Virus record (IMG/VR): IMGVR_UViG_3300048575_000438
Coordinates: 1-44,393 of that record
Reading direction: 5' to 3' (one strand)
Source: a virus
Taxonomy: Duplodnaviria; Caudoviricetes
DNA: 44,393 bases
In this document: positions 1 through 9,818 of the stretch, in pieces
How positions within the stretch are numbered: position 1 is the first letter of the stretch
Layout of the letters: each line of letters starts with the position of its first letter
Made by a program: the position numbers and the translations under genes
The notes under the pieces: generated by a model
Seen by the model: only the letters and a program-made list of their open reading frames with translations
What the model was told of the DNA's origin: nothing
The model's database searches: none

Positions 1-1254
1 ATGGCTAAATTCTCCGAACCGTACACGTTTTATACTCGCAAAATGAAAGACGGCCGCGAGGTCATCTACTACCGACCCCGCGACCCTGTTACCCGGAAGC
101 GTTTACCGGGGATATCTACCGGACTAGCGAACGAACGCGAGGCATATAAATACTGCGAAAAACTCCTCGATGAAGGAAAACTAATACCAGAAAAAAAAGC
201 AACCCGCCCGACCGCCGAAGTGCGCCGATCTCGCCGACCTCCGACGCTTCGGGAATGGTCAGACGAGCGCCATTGGTGGCAATGGACTGATGACGGGCCG
301 GTGTGCGAATACTGCAAGGGCGAGCTTGAACGATCCCCGGTCGACGCCCCCGCCGTACAGCGCGATCATGCCGATCGTAGTGCGCGAATTCTTCGCTTGA
401 ACATCCTTCCGTCTCACGGCGACAAGCGAATCGACCAGATAACGCCGACCGACCTTGAGGATATTATGAAGGCATGGAAGGAAGAGGGTAGGGCGTCGAA
501 GACGATAAACAACCGGGCGAGCGTATATCGCGTCATGATGGCCGAGGCCGAGCGTTTGAAGTTTATACCGGAAAACCCGTGGAACCGGGTCAAGGCGTAT
601 TATGTTCAGGAGAACCCGAAAGGGAAGCTCGACATGAAAGAGTATGTAAAGCTCATGAATCCGGCTACAGTAAAAACAATATGGGACGATAACTATATTT
701 ATTACGTGGCGAATCTTCTATCGAGCGTAACGGGATTACGACAGGGCGAGGTACTTGCACTCAAGGCCGACCAGATTTTCAGCGATCATATTATCGTCGA
801 ACACTCATACCAGCGAAAGTACGGGCTTGGCCCGCAGAAAACAAAACGCGGTACTGACGAGATACCGATTCCCCGCCTCGTGTATGAAAAGGTTAAGCCG
901 CTCCTTTCATGGGGCGGCTTTGTGTTTTCGTTTTCCGGCGGTAAATTGCCGTGCTCGGGCAATCGATGCAATGACGCCTTGAAGGCCGCATTGAAAAAAA
1001 TAGGGATCGACAAGGACGAGCAACAAAAAAGAAAGATCATGTTCCACTCGTGGCGTGTGTTCGCGAATACATATTTCCTGTCTGTCGGCGTGTCGGCGGA
1101 CAAGGTTCGCGACATCACGCGGCATGAGACGGAAGCGATGACGGAGCATTACACGGGATTTCTCCTTGAGGACTTCCGGGAGATTGCGGACGCTCAAGGG
1201 TCTCTTGTGTCTCTACTCCAATGTACGAAAGAAAAGACCATCGCGGAATCCTGA
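1..1254 (+). CDS. int: Tyrosine recombinase/phage integrase
   Basis: Catalytic motifs TGLRQGE, FHSWR, RH...MTEHY; 417 aa. Confidence 0.95.
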   Translation: MAKFSEPYTFYTRKMKDGREVIYYRPRDPVTRKRLPGISTGLANEREAYKYCEKLLDEGKLIPEKKATRPTAEVRRSRRPPTLREWSDERHWWQWTDDGPVCEYCKGELERSPVDAPAVQRDHADRSARILRLNILPSHGDKRIDQITPTDLEDIMKAWKEEGRASKTINNRASVYRVMMAEAERLKFIPENPWNRVKAYYVQENPKGKLDMKEYVKLMNPATVKTIWDDNYIYYVANLLSSVTGLRQGEVLALKADQIFSDHIIVEHSYQRKYGLGPQKTKRGTDEIPIPRLVYEKVKPLLSWGGFVFSFSGGKLPCSGNRCNDALKAALKKIGIDKDEQQKRKIMFHSWRVFANTYFLSVGVSADKVRDITRHETEAMTEHYTGFLLEDFREIADAQGSLVSLLQCTKEKTIAES

Positions 1255-1393
1255 TGCACCTTTTCGTTAAGTAAATAGCAAATAGCTGTCCAGATTCTAT
1301 TAGCGGAGTGACGCCCTTTCGATTGATTTTAAGCTCATAGGCGACATCTTCGACGGTCATCGTCACCGGCAAGTGGTCGTATGTTCCCTGCAT
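1115..1393 (-). CDS. Excisionase-like HTH DNA-binding protein
   Basis: TVEDVAYELKINRKGV...IESGQLFA...IRIP resembles HTH_17/Xis; RBS GAGGAG; convergent with int. Confidence 0.75.
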   Translation of the reverse strand: MQGTYDHLPVTMTVEDVAYELKINRKGVTPLIESGQLFAIYLTKRCIRIPRWSFLSYIGVETQETLERPQSPGSPQGEIPCNAPSSLPSHAA

Positions 1394-1559
1394 TCCCGTA
1401 TCTCCTCGTCGTCAAATAGTTTTGTCTGCTGTTTGTCACGCCGGGCGCAAACCGGCCCCATGCCGCGATGACGCGATGACGCGAAGCATGGGACGCAAGC
1501 GGCCTACCACATTCGGTACACCGCTCGAATACATAGCTAGAAGATATCCTGCTGTCCAT
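1363..1559 (-). pseudogene. DUF6011-like zinc-finger gene frameshifted by an 8-bp tandem duplication
   Basis: CTECGRPL in one frame and GMGPVC in another; removing one CGCGATGA copy (1464-1479) gives an intact 62-aa ORF. Confidence 0.7.
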
Positions 1560-2463
1560 TTGCGTCGACCTTTTGCGCGGCGGCGGGTATTCCGTCCTCG
1601 TCTGCTTCGGGTTCGGGATTGGTTTCAGGCTCGTCGTGCGGGGTCATCGAAGCCGCCGCCTTGTCGAGGCGCGAGGCCGTTCGGTCGGTAACGTCGCGGA
1701 GAGGCTTGGAAGGCTCGCTCTCGATGGCGGTCGGAAGTTCCGCGTCATCATCGAGTTGCATGAGCATCGCAAGCCCCTCGCACAATTTCATGTACGGCTT
1801 GAGCATCTTTTTCATTGCCGTTTTCCGGTGTGCGTCAATGAGGGATTTCGTGTACATGGGCGATGACTTGTTTCCGTATGCGTTCTCGATCGCGATAACC
1901 TCGTCAATGCGAATATACGGGATAGCGCGGCGGCCGTCCTTGAACTCAAGCACAGTGAAAAATCCGAGGAGCTTTCCGCGATCGACGAAGGGATTATTCT
2001 CCGGGTAGGTGTGTTCCCAAATACCTTCTTTTTCATTGATGACGACATGATCCTTTTCATATACCTCGTGCAGTTGCGGATCGACGGTAAAGATTGCGCC
2101 GGGGCCATAGGTCGTCGCGAAGATGTATCCGTCGGCGCTCGCCATGAGTACGGCGACACCCCCTTTCGGAACGAAATAGGCGTGCGGGAATTGCCCGCCG
2201 ATCTGTAGTCCCATCGTCGCGGCCTTAGCAAGCCCGGAATAGATCGACATGATTCCGGTTTTCGATGCAATGACGCCGCGCAGATTTTCATTCGTCGATA
2301 TATCAACGAGCGCCCGTTGAGTCCACGTTCCGAAATCTCCCTTGACGTTCGGTGCCGCCACGTCGCGAATCTCCGGGCCATATACCGCGAGCATCGTCTC
2401 GACTCCTGCGCGCCCCGTACCGACCTGACTAAAAAACTCTTTTTCATTTTGATTCTGCATCAT
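1537..2463 (-). CDS. recT: RecT/Bet-like single-strand annealing protein
   Basis: AATMGLQ...HAYFVP...ADGY, VYEKD, KTAMKKMLK; next to YqaJ; ATG 2463 with RBS GAGGAG. Confidence 0.85.
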   Translation of the reverse strand: MMQNQNEKEFFSQVGTGRAGVETMLAVYGPEIRDVAAPNVKGDFGTWTQRALVDISTNENLRGVIASKTGIMSIYSGLAKAATMGLQIGGQFPHAYFVPKGGVAVLMASADGYIFATTYGPGAIFTVDPQLHEVYEKDHVVINEKEGIWEHTYPENNPFVDRGKLLGFFTVLEFKDGRRAIPYIRIDEVIAIENAYGNKSSPMYTKSLIDAHRKTAMKKMLKPYMKLCEGLAMLMQLDDDAELPTAIESEPSKPLRDVTDRTASRLDKAAASMTPHDEPETNPEPEADEDGIPAAAQKVDANGQQDIF

Positions 2464-2605
2464 TTTTCTCCTCGTATAACTGCCTGCATAATTTTGTTCC
2501 GTGAATTTTGGCGGCATATTTTCCGCCGACAGCGGTGCAACAGACCGTCGAAAGCAAGAACATAGACCATTTGCATTTAGCACAATTAGGGCATTTTCTC
2601 TGCAT
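2444..2605 (-). CDS. Small Cys-rich hypothetical protein
   Basis: MQRKCPNCAKCKW...; RBS AGGAG; fills the gap in the operon. Confidence 0.55.
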   Translation of the reverse strand: MQRKCPNCAKCKWSMFLLSTVCCTAVGGKYAAKIHGTKLCRQLYEEKNDAESK

Positions 2606-2792
2606 TTCGTTTCTCCTTCTCCTTCTTGCCTCGCTCTTTCGCTTGTGCAAGAGCTTCATTGATTGAAGCCTTTGCGATTTCGGCTACCGATTGCGCGAGT
2701 ATCGCTTCCCGTTGTGTAGCCCCGCGACACTTGCCGATCGTTATGCCGATCCTGTCGCGCGGCTCGTCAATTTGTATGCGAATGATTGTCAT
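2586..2792 (-). CDS. Hypothetical protein
   Basis: ATGA coupling to the YqaJ stop codon. Confidence 0.6.
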   Translation of the reverse strand: MTIIRIQIDEPRDRIGITIGKCRGATQREAILAQSVAEIAKASINEALAQAKERGKKEKEKRNAEKMP

Positions 2793-3988
2793 GCCGCCCC
2801 CTTTATTTTCGTGGGTCTCAAAACCCTGTATCCCGTCTTCACGACGCCCGCCTTCGTAAGCGTCTCAATCTTCGCCGCATCTTCCGCGACGAGCTTTTCC
2901 GCTTCGGCAAGCCGCTCGATTATCTCATCGCGCGTCTTCCATTTTTCCGCGAGGTCTTCCGGTACTTCCGCCCGTTGCGCGTCGGTAAGTTCGGAAAACT
3001 TCTTTATGCTCAAGCTCCCTACGTTCCACGAACTCGCGAACTGTACGCCTTCGCCGCTCGTCAGTACGCTATTCTCGCCCATGAGAATACCGAACGCGTC
3101 AACGATCTCGTCCGTGCGTTCCGTCAGTTCTTTTATTCGCTTCTTCGCCGCGAAGTATTCAGAACTCATCGCCCGTACTTTCAATTCATCTTCACCGCCG
3201 ATTCGCGCGGTAAAATCCTTCGTTTCCGGCCACATAAGTTGAACGTCATCCCATGTCTCGGGCTTCGGCTCGCATTGCGGCACAACGCAGTCGCGCCAAA
3301 AAACCTCTGCTAGTTTCAGGCATTTTTCCTGTGTCCTCGGGTCTGCCTTAATCGGCCCATATTCGCGATACTCACCGCCGTCTACCAACACGGCAACGTA
3401 AGCCGTCGGAACGTCATAGGCAAGCATCTGCCACTGGACTTGCAGGAAGACTTTCGCCGGAATTCCGTTCTGGCTAAAGTCGGTCTTGCTATACCCTTCG
3501 TCCGGCTCGTCCTCGTCGCGCTTCGCAGACATGAGTCCGGTCGTTTTTGCCTCGACGATATAGGGCTCGATTGGTACTCCTTCGTCTGGACTCAACGGCG
3601 TTTTCCCGTCGTCGGCAAGTCTCATGTCATCGACGACCAAATCCGCGTGCGCCAACACATACGGCCTCTCGGGGTGTCGGCATTCTGTTTCCGTCTTAAA
3701 CGCCCCGACGCTCATTTTTCGCGCCTTGTACCGAAGGTATTCCGCCGCCGTTTCTTCGCCGTATCGCTTCTCGATAAACTTCGCGAGTACAATGCCTTCG
3801 AGTCGGTGTCCCCATTCGGCACGTTCGCCGGTTTCTTTCGGCGGCGTGATGCCAACTTTCTCGCGGTAAAGCGTCAGCGGGGTATCACCCCATCGCTTGT
3901 TATAAAGGGCGAGGGTGGGTATGTCCGACGATCCAACCCCGGTGAGGCGCGACGCATGGAAGTCGCGGATTTTTGTATACCGGTTCAT
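2789..3988 (-). CDS. YqaJ-like viral recombinase (lambda-exonuclease family)
   Basis: GVGSSD, TPLTLYREK, WGHRLE, AHAD, EAKT, QVQWQM motifs; ATG 3988 overlaps the upstream stop. Confidence 0.9.
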   Translation of the reverse strand: MNRYTKIRDFHASRLTGVGSSDIPTLALYNKRWGDTPLTLYREKVGITPPKETGERAEWGHRLEGIVLAKFIEKRYGEETAAEYLRYKARKMSVGAFKTETECRHPERPYVLAHADLVVDDMRLADDGKTPLSPDEGVPIEPYIVEAKTTGLMSAKRDEDEPDEGYSKTDFSQNGIPAKVFLQVQWQMLAYDVPTAYVAVLVDGGEYREYGPIKADPRTQEKCLKLAEVFWRDCVVPQCEPKPETWDDVQLMWPETKDFTARIGGEDELKVRAMSSEYFAAKKRIKELTERTDEIVDAFGILMGENSVLTSGEGVQFASSWNVGSLSIKKFSELTDAQRAEVPEDLAEKWKTRDEIIERLAEAEKLVAEDAAKIETLTKAGVVKTGYRVLRPTKIKGAA

Positions 3989-4185
3989 AGGTCGCACCGC
4001 CTGTCCGTGTTGCGCTCGTCCTTTTCGCGGGCGAACGCTTCGGCCTCATCGTCGCCCTCATCCGTCTCGTCTTCTTCATCCTCCTCGTCATCCTGATCTT
4101 CTTCCGGCTTTTGAGTTGCCAGATAGTCGTCAAGCTCCTTTTCTCTCGCCCGGTCTTCCGGTGAGTTGTCAAAACACCCGATCAT
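3985..4185 (-). CDS. Small highly acidic protein
   Basis: 66 aa with ~30 D/E; RBS GGGAG; first gene of the exo-recT cluster. Confidence 0.75.
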   Translation of the reverse strand: MIGCFDNSPEDRAREKELDDYLATQKPEEDQDDEEDEEDETDEGDDEAEAFAREKDERNTDRRCDL

Positions 4186-4190
4186 ATTGC

Positions 4191-4223
4191 CTCCCTGTCC
4201 GTCATCGCGACGGTCAAATAAAA
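4191..4223 (-). promoter_or_regulatory. Pre-RBS hairpin motif copy (33 bp identical to 38615-38647)
   Basis: TTTTATTTGA-CCGTC-GCGAT-GACGG-ACAGGGAG. Confidence 0.75.
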
Positions 4224-4346
4224 TTGTCGATTGCTCGTCTTAATCTTTTTTCAAAAAAGTTCGAGCAATACAAATAATTGAAACAATAAGAAAAACGCAA
4301 AATAGCGCTTCTTTACTAACTACCAAAATCGTATAGACTGCATCCA

Positions 4347-5858
4347 TTACCTTCCTCCTTGTACCTTCCCATTCCTATAATCCCATGCCCAGTCCGCCCA
4401 GCCGGGGTTATATCCTGCCAGTTTCGCGAGTTCTTCAAGCGGCCTCTTTTCCGCCATCTTGAACGCCGCGCCGAGTAACATTTTCTGCCTGTCCTTTCCC
4501 TTCGTTGCCATCGCCCTTGCATAGACTCCCGCCATGCGCTCGGCTTCTTCGCCTTCGAGCCCTGCCTCGACGAGCTTACCGGCTACGACCTTAATCTCAA
4601 TCGACGCGCCGCCTTCCGCGTGACGGGTGAACTCGTACCCGCAATCGGGGCACATTCGGGGCGTTCCCGGCCATACGCCATAGCACCTCGGGCACGTTGT
4701 CGTCACGGGCGGGCGTTCTGATCGCTTGCTTCTCGGTGCCGCGTCAAGCGTCCAGTCACGCCGCGCGAGTATATGCCCGTGGATCTGATAGTTTCCCGCA
4801 TGGTCGAGTATGATCGCGTTCGGCTTCCCAGCTCGTGCCATTGCGTCGAGTCGTTCCGTGGCCGTGGCGGCGTTCGCGTCAAATCCCGAAGGAAATATAG
4901 GGCGAAGCGGGCGACCGCCCTGTTGCATAAAAAGCGCGAGCGATGCCGTGCGGCGAAGCATAATCGCGCCGACCATGACCGGCACGTCTACGCCCTCGCT
5001 TATCAGGTCGCACGAGCACACCACGTCAACCGATCCATCCGCGAGACCTTGAAGAGCAGACACGCGCTCGTCGTCCGGCATATTGCCCCATACTACGCGC
5101 GCCTTGTATCCCGCGTCACAAAACTGTTTTGCCATCAGGCGGCAGTTGTAAATGTCAGGGCAAAAGCACACGGTCGGCAGGTGGTCGAGTTTTTCTCGGT
5201 AGTGGTCGATCACGTTCCCGACGATTCGCCGCGTTGACATCCGTTCTGATTGCTCTTTCGTGTCGAAGTCTCCGCGCGTCATATGGTAATTTGCGATTAG
5301 TTCGTCGGGCGATTTGTAGAGAATCGGTGGGCAAAGCCAGCCGTCGGCGACGAGTTCTGACGGTTGCGGGCCGATGACCATAGCGTCCGCAACCTCGTAC
5401 ATTCCGCGCCCGTCTTCGCGTTCGGGTGTCGCCGTCCAGATTGTTCGCGGAACATCGGCCCAATAATTCAAGATTCGATGCCATGTCGGACTTACCGCAT
5501 GATGCCCCTCGTCAACGATAATGTAATCAGGTCGGCGAATGTCACCGAGCCGGTGAATAAGCGTTCCTATCATTGCTGTCTGTATGGTGTCCTGTGTCGC
5601 CATTTTCCTCGCGGCGATTTGACCGGACACGATCCCGAGATTGAAAAGAGACTTTAGCGTCTGTTTGAAAATCTCCTGACGATGCGTGAGAATTAGAACG
5701 CGGTTCGACTTACTCGCCGCACCTCGTGCCATTTCCGCGAACATCGCTGTCTTACCGGAACCAGTCGGAGACACGCAGACTATAGACCGCTTACCAGCTC
5801 GAAGCTCTTGCCGAACGTCGTTGAGAATCTTTTTCTGGTAGTCGCGGAGATAGATCAC
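4347..5858 (-). CDS. SF2 DEAD/DEAH-box helicase with C-terminal zinc finger
   Basis: PTGSGKT, DEGHH, TATP, QQGGR, CPRC...CPDCG. Confidence 0.92.
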   Translation of the reverse strand: MIYLRDYQKKILNDVRQELRAGKRSIVCVSPTGSGKTAMFAEMARGAASKSNRVLILTHRQEIFKQTLKSLFNLGIVSGQIAARKMATQDTIQTAMIGTLIHRLGDIRRPDYIIVDEGHHAVSPTWHRILNYWADVPRTIWTATPEREDGRGMYEVADAMVIGPQPSELVADGWLCPPILYKSPDELIANYHMTRGDFDTKEQSERMSTRRIVGNVIDHYREKLDHLPTVCFCPDIYNCRLMAKQFCDAGYKARVVWGNMPDDERVSALQGLADGSVDVVCSCDLISEGVDVPVMVGAIMLRRTASLALFMQQGGRPLRPIFPSGFDANAATATERLDAMARAGKPNAIILDHAGNYQIHGHILARRDWTLDAAPRSKRSERPPVTTTCPRCYGVWPGTPRMCPDCGYEFTRHAEGGASIEIKVVAGKLVEAGLEGEEAERMAGVYARAMATKGKDRQKMLLGAAFKMAEKRPLEELAKLAGYNPGWADWAWDYRNGKVQGGR

Positions 5859-6148
5859 CGGGCGGCCTCGATACGGGAGATGGCTCCCGTTATTACGTCG
5901 CGCGTATATTCCTTAACGCAAACAGGGTCGGGGGCATCAAGATAAGCGAGCGAAATCTTGAGCGCCGCAAGAAGTTCGTCTCGCTGATCGGTTAGTTCTT
6001 TTATCCTGTTTCCCGGAACGTCATACGCTCGCGAACCGCAAGCGGAGCACACAGCTACAGATTGACTAGCAGAGTTGTTAGGATTCAACGGAGCAGCATG
6101 AAGTTTTAATATCGCTCCACATTGAAGACAATGTCTTTCTCCGCTCAT
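5855..6148 (-). CDS. Hypothetical protein with two CxxC motifs
   Basis: CLQC and CSAC; overlapping start/stop coupling on both sides. Confidence 0.7.
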   Translation of the reverse strand: MSGERHCLQCGAILKLHAAPLNPNNSASQSVAVCSACGSRAYDVPGNRIKELTDQRDELLAALKISLAYLDAPDPVCVKEYTRDVITGAISRIEAAR

Positions 6149-6519
6149 CTTGTCACCTCGATCATTGCGCTAATCTCCTCGATAGCCTTCGCGCATTGAT
6201 CCGTGAGCCGGTCGAGCTTTTCATACTCCTCTGCGAGTTCCAGCGCCGCGACGATAAGCGGCGAAGACTCGCCCGACCGCGTGGCCTCATGGCAAAGATC
6301 GCGGACGACTTCAACGAAATTGCGCTTTCCTTCTCTTTCTCTTATCAAAAGGCAGTGCCCGTTCATCGTGACGGCTTCCTTGAAGTCCTCGCACGCCGGG
6401 GCGTTACTAACGTGTTTAAGCTCCTCGCCGCGCGCTTGGCGTTGAAGAATCTCTCCCGACTCATTCACGCACCGGAAAAACTCGGCGCACTCGCCACATT
6501 TTCTATTCTGCTTTTCCAT
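6145..6519 (-). CDS. Hypothetical Cys-containing protein
   Basis: CGECAEFFRC...PACEDF; RBS GGAGG. Confidence 0.65.
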   Translation of the reverse strand: MEKQNRKCGECAEFFRCVNESGEILQRQARGEELKHVSNAPACEDFKEAVTMNGHCLLIREREGKRNFVEVVRDLCHEATRSGESSPLIVAALELAEEYEKLDRLTDQCAKAIEEISAMIEVTR

Positions 6520-7015
6520 GATGATCCTCCAGCTCAATCGGTATCAATTTCGCTGACGTTTCACCGTCGCGCCGCGCTATGTATGCATCCCCGCCCGCCT
6601 TTATCACTTCCGCCGCAAAGTGCCGTTGATCCGGGCACATGGTCGAATAGCTTTCCGTCTTCGCGTCGATGATGACGAACACGGCGACGCGTAATCCTTC
6701 GGGCGGAACGTCTTCGGGCATGATGCGCCTCGGCTCCCATCCGACAAGGTCAAAACCGCCGCCGTATCGCTTTTTCTGTTTTTCGCCGTCGCCGTTTCGC
6801 GTGATCTTGTCGCGATCCTGACTCGGCACAAGAAGCCCATAGGGGCGAAATTCCGCGCTCGATAACTCGATGCACCGCCCGGCCTTCGAGTCCTGCCAGT
6901 TGTTTTCGAGTTTCCCCGACCACGCGTTCCCGACGACGTTCTGGAAGACGCGCAGACCGCGCGAGCTTGCCTTTGTCATCGCGAGCTTCATCACCGAAGT
7001 GTGTTCACTTCCCAT
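6503..7015 (-). CDS. VRR-NUC domain nuclease
   Basis: RVFQNVVG, GFDLVG, IDAKT, DQRHF...GG pattern; alternative start at 7072. Confidence 0.8.
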   Translation of the reverse strand: MGSEHTSVMKLAMTKASSRGLRVFQNVVGNAWSGKLENNWQDSKAGRCIELSSAEFRPYGLLVPSQDRDKITRNGDGEKQKKRYGGGFDLVGWEPRRIMPEDVPPEGLRVAVFVIIDAKTESYSTMCPDQRHFAAEVIKAGGDAYIARRDGETSAKLIPIELEDHHGKAE

Positions 7016-7021
7016 AATCAA

Positions 7022-7046
7022 CTCCTGTCCGTCATCACGACGGTCG
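7022..7046 (-). promoter_or_regulatory. Pre-RBS hairpin motif copy
   Basis: CGA-CCGTC-GTGAT-GACGG-ACAGGAG, upstream of ATG 7015. Confidence 0.7.
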
Positions 7047-7068
7047 TTATTGTTTTTCGGCGGGTTAT

Positions 7069-9741
7069 TCATTCCGCGCCCTCCGTTCCGATATACAATT
7101 CCTTGAACATCGCCCAGTCGAACACGCGGGCGCGTACTTTAATTTCACCCATCCTGACCGGCGTACTATCGCGCGGCGTCATGCAAAGCGAGTGCCGCTT
7201 GAGTTGTGCGTCGTATCCCGAGTCATAGCCGGTGTCTTTGAGCCAGCGAAGAATAGCGTCTGATCGGGACGCAATCGCGATACAGGTCTTCCCTTTGTGT
7301 GTGCAAAGCGCGATACCAAATCGCCCGAGCAGTTCTTTCCATTCGCGTGTCTCTGTAATCGCCCGGCCCGGCTTGTCCTCTGCCCTGACAAGGCACTCGG
7401 CGACCGTGCGGCGTGTCTTTCCGTCGGACTCGACTTGCGCGGAAAGAATGTGTTCAATGACACGGTCTTCGTCGTTAATGGAATCTGTTTTGAGAAGGGC
7501 GATGTCGTCGATGTACTGCGATATAAAATACTGGCCTTCCGCTTCGGTTATCGAATCGTCCGAAATTAGCGCATAAGCGGCGGCGAATAGCGGGGCCCAT
7601 TGGTCAACGTCGCGTTGTCCGCCGATCTTTCGGAGTGCATCACCTTCCCGAAGCGCCTTGATATCGGAAAGGATTCTCGGCATTGCCCTGAACATCCGGC
7701 GAATATATCGCGACGGGTCGCCCATTGCGCGCGGCATCAGTTCCGCCGTGCGTTTCATTTTTTCCGCCATCTGTTCCGACGAGCAGACGACCATTTCACA
7801 CTTGATGATTCGCGAGTCTGCCGCCGCGTCCATGTCAGGGATGCGTACCGACGCATTGCAAAAGCAGGAGTGAATCATAAAGTTAATCGTTCCGCCGTCA
7901 GCGCTGCATATCGACATGTGGCCCGAAGCGTCGCTCGACGAGTTTCGTTCAAGGTCGAGAATCGATTCGATGCGGCGTAAACTGTCCTTGTTTTTCGGCT
8001 CCATTTCGTCGAGCCTGACCGGGCGGGCGTCAGTGCGTAGCTCACGCCGGATACTCGCCTCCGAACTCTTGCCCGTTCCCGCGTACTTGAAGCGCCCGAG
8101 CATTTCGTCGACGATATTTTCGATGATCCACGACTTCCCCGAGCCAGCTTTTCCGCTGATCCAGATATGTGGCCGCCATTTCAGGATGCCACCGAACGGG
8201 GCAATCAACACCCAGCCGATAACTGCGAGCGCCGCCGATACCCTGACAAATCCCTGTGTCGTGATAAGCTCCGCGAGCGCAAAGCCTTCGTCTGTCGTCG
8301 CCTCGTCGCCGGTAAGTGTGCAAAATCTCACCGCGGATGAAAGGTATGTGTATTTGCTTTTCCAGTCCTGATAGGGAACGCGCTCGCCGGATCTCGTGAC
8401 GATGCACTCGCCGTCATTGACGATTACGTCGTCGTTATCGAGCCACACCCCCGCGCCGCGAAGTATGTCGGGATCGTATCGCCCGACGGAATCCTGTAGG
8501 TTTATAAGCCAGTCTTGCGCCGTCGGAACTCGGACGCCGCCCTCGTTCGTTACCATACCCATAATACCCCAAAAGGCGAGCGGGGCGAGTTCTTGAAGGC
8601 GGCTCGCGTTAAATGATCCGCGCGGGATCGTCTGCGGGATGCGCTTACCCTCGCGAATAAACCAGTATGATTCCTCGTCCCAGCCGAGACAGCGAAAAAA
8701 CTGGCCGGTCTCTTCGTCGGCCTTATTTGCGGGAGCTTCAACGGGATCGACATACAGCGGCCCGTCAATGACCTGTAGCGGGTCGGAACCTTCTTCAAGG
8801 AAGTCGGCGATGTCGTAACCGTCTTTTACGTCGGCGAGCGCTTCAACGTCGCATATCTTGAGGCCGGGAAGCCGGTTGCGAATCGCGAGCGCGGCTTTCA
8901 TTCCCGGCTGTTTTGCCCACGGCAAGAGCTTACCGGCCTTATCATTTTGCTTGTCCGCGTCCGGCCACATGGTGACGAGTCCGGCGGCGACAGCTTCAGT
9001 AAGTGGTGAAAAGTCAGACTTGACCGTCCCTTCACACCCGCCTGACCATGAAACGAACACGATTTCCGCGCCGACTGATGCCGCCCATTTATTGCCAGCA
9101 TCAGTACATTTTTCGCCCTCGACGAGAACGACGCGCCAGCCGGGATGTGAAAGGAATCCGACAAGGTTATATAGAGGCCGTCCGTCAGGATACGCTTGAC
9201 CTTCGTGCCATTTGTTATCTGATCCGAAATAATACGGGACGACTTCTTTTGCCCGCTTCGATGGACAATCAACGTATTTTGCAACGGAAAAGCACCACTC
9301 ACCAGCGGCGGTAAAATAGCTCCACCCGGCGATTACGCGCCCGTGTTTTTCTTTCTCGTAATCTGATACAACTCTTTTATTGAGTAGTGCCCGCGCTTCT
9401 TCCGGTATCGGGATAATCGGTTTAGCTTTCGGCGGTTTCTTTTTGGTAGGTTCAGGAATCACGCCGCCCGACGATCTGATAATGTCCTCGGCGGCTTCCT
9501 TCGGGCTGATATTCCGCACGAGCGACACGAGCTTGATAAAATCGCCCGAAGCGGAATCGTCGGCGAAGTCCTTAAAGCACCATGCGCCTTGATACTCGTA
9601 AATATGGAATGACCCGGCATTTCGGTCGGAACGAAGCGGCGAGGGTATCCAGTATTCGTCGCCCTTCCACTCCCCGCCGGGGAAGTATGACTCGATGAGT
9701 GATTTTCCGATGTATTTTTTTGCTTCGTCGAAGACTGACAT
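7069..9741 (-). CDS. Primase-helicase (N-terminal CHC2-like region, TOPRIM, P-loop helicase)
   Basis: VEGEKCTD and WPDAD (TOPRIM); GKAGSGKS Walker A; LDEME Walker B. Confidence 0.88.
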   Translation of the reverse strand: MSVFDEAKKYIGKSLIESYFPGGEWKGDEYWIPSPLRSDRNAGSFHIYEYQGAWCFKDFADDSASGDFIKLVSLVRNISPKEAAEDIIRSSGGVIPEPTKKKPPKAKPIIPIPEEARALLNKRVVSDYEKEKHGRVIAGWSYFTAAGEWCFSVAKYVDCPSKRAKEVVPYYFGSDNKWHEGQAYPDGRPLYNLVGFLSHPGWRVVLVEGEKCTDAGNKWAASVGAEIVFVSWSGGCEGTVKSDFSPLTEAVAAGLVTMWPDADKQNDKAGKLLPWAKQPGMKAALAIRNRLPGLKICDVEALADVKDGYDIADFLEEGSDPLQVIDGPLYVDPVEAPANKADEETGQFFRCLGWDEESYWFIREGKRIPQTIPRGSFNASRLQELAPLAFWGIMGMVTNEGGVRVPTAQDWLINLQDSVGRYDPDILRGAGVWLDNDDVIVNDGECIVTRSGERVPYQDWKSKYTYLSSAVRFCTLTGDEATTDEGFALAELITTQGFVRVSAALAVIGWVLIAPFGGILKWRPHIWISGKAGSGKSWIIENIVDEMLGRFKYAGTGKSSEASIRRELRTDARPVRLDEMEPKNKDSLRRIESILDLERNSSSDASGHMSICSADGGTINFMIHSCFCNASVRIPDMDAAADSRIIKCEMVVCSSEQMAEKMKRTAELMPRAMGDPSRYIRRMFRAMPRILSDIKALREGDALRKIGGQRDVDQWAPLFAAAYALISDDSITEAEGQYFISQYIDDIALLKTDSINDEDRVIEHILSAQVESDGKTRRTVAECLVRAEDKPGRAITETREWKELLGRFGIALCTHKGKTCIAIASRSDAILRWLKDTGYDSGYDAQLKRHSLCMTPRDSTPVRMGEIKVRARVFDWAMFKELYIGTEGAE

Positions 9742-9757
9742 TTATCCCACCGAGCGA

Positions 9758-9818
9758 GAAAGATAAGCGGGCGCTTACGCACCCGCTAGACTGATGAACT
9801 GATGAACGAGAGCGGGCG
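9758..9818 (-). terminator. Terminator-like hairpin with an alternative antiterminator pairing
   Basis: AGCGGGTGC-GTAA-GCGCCCGCT-TATCTTT; an upstream CGCCCGCT copy could pair with the 5' arm instead. Confidence 0.5.
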
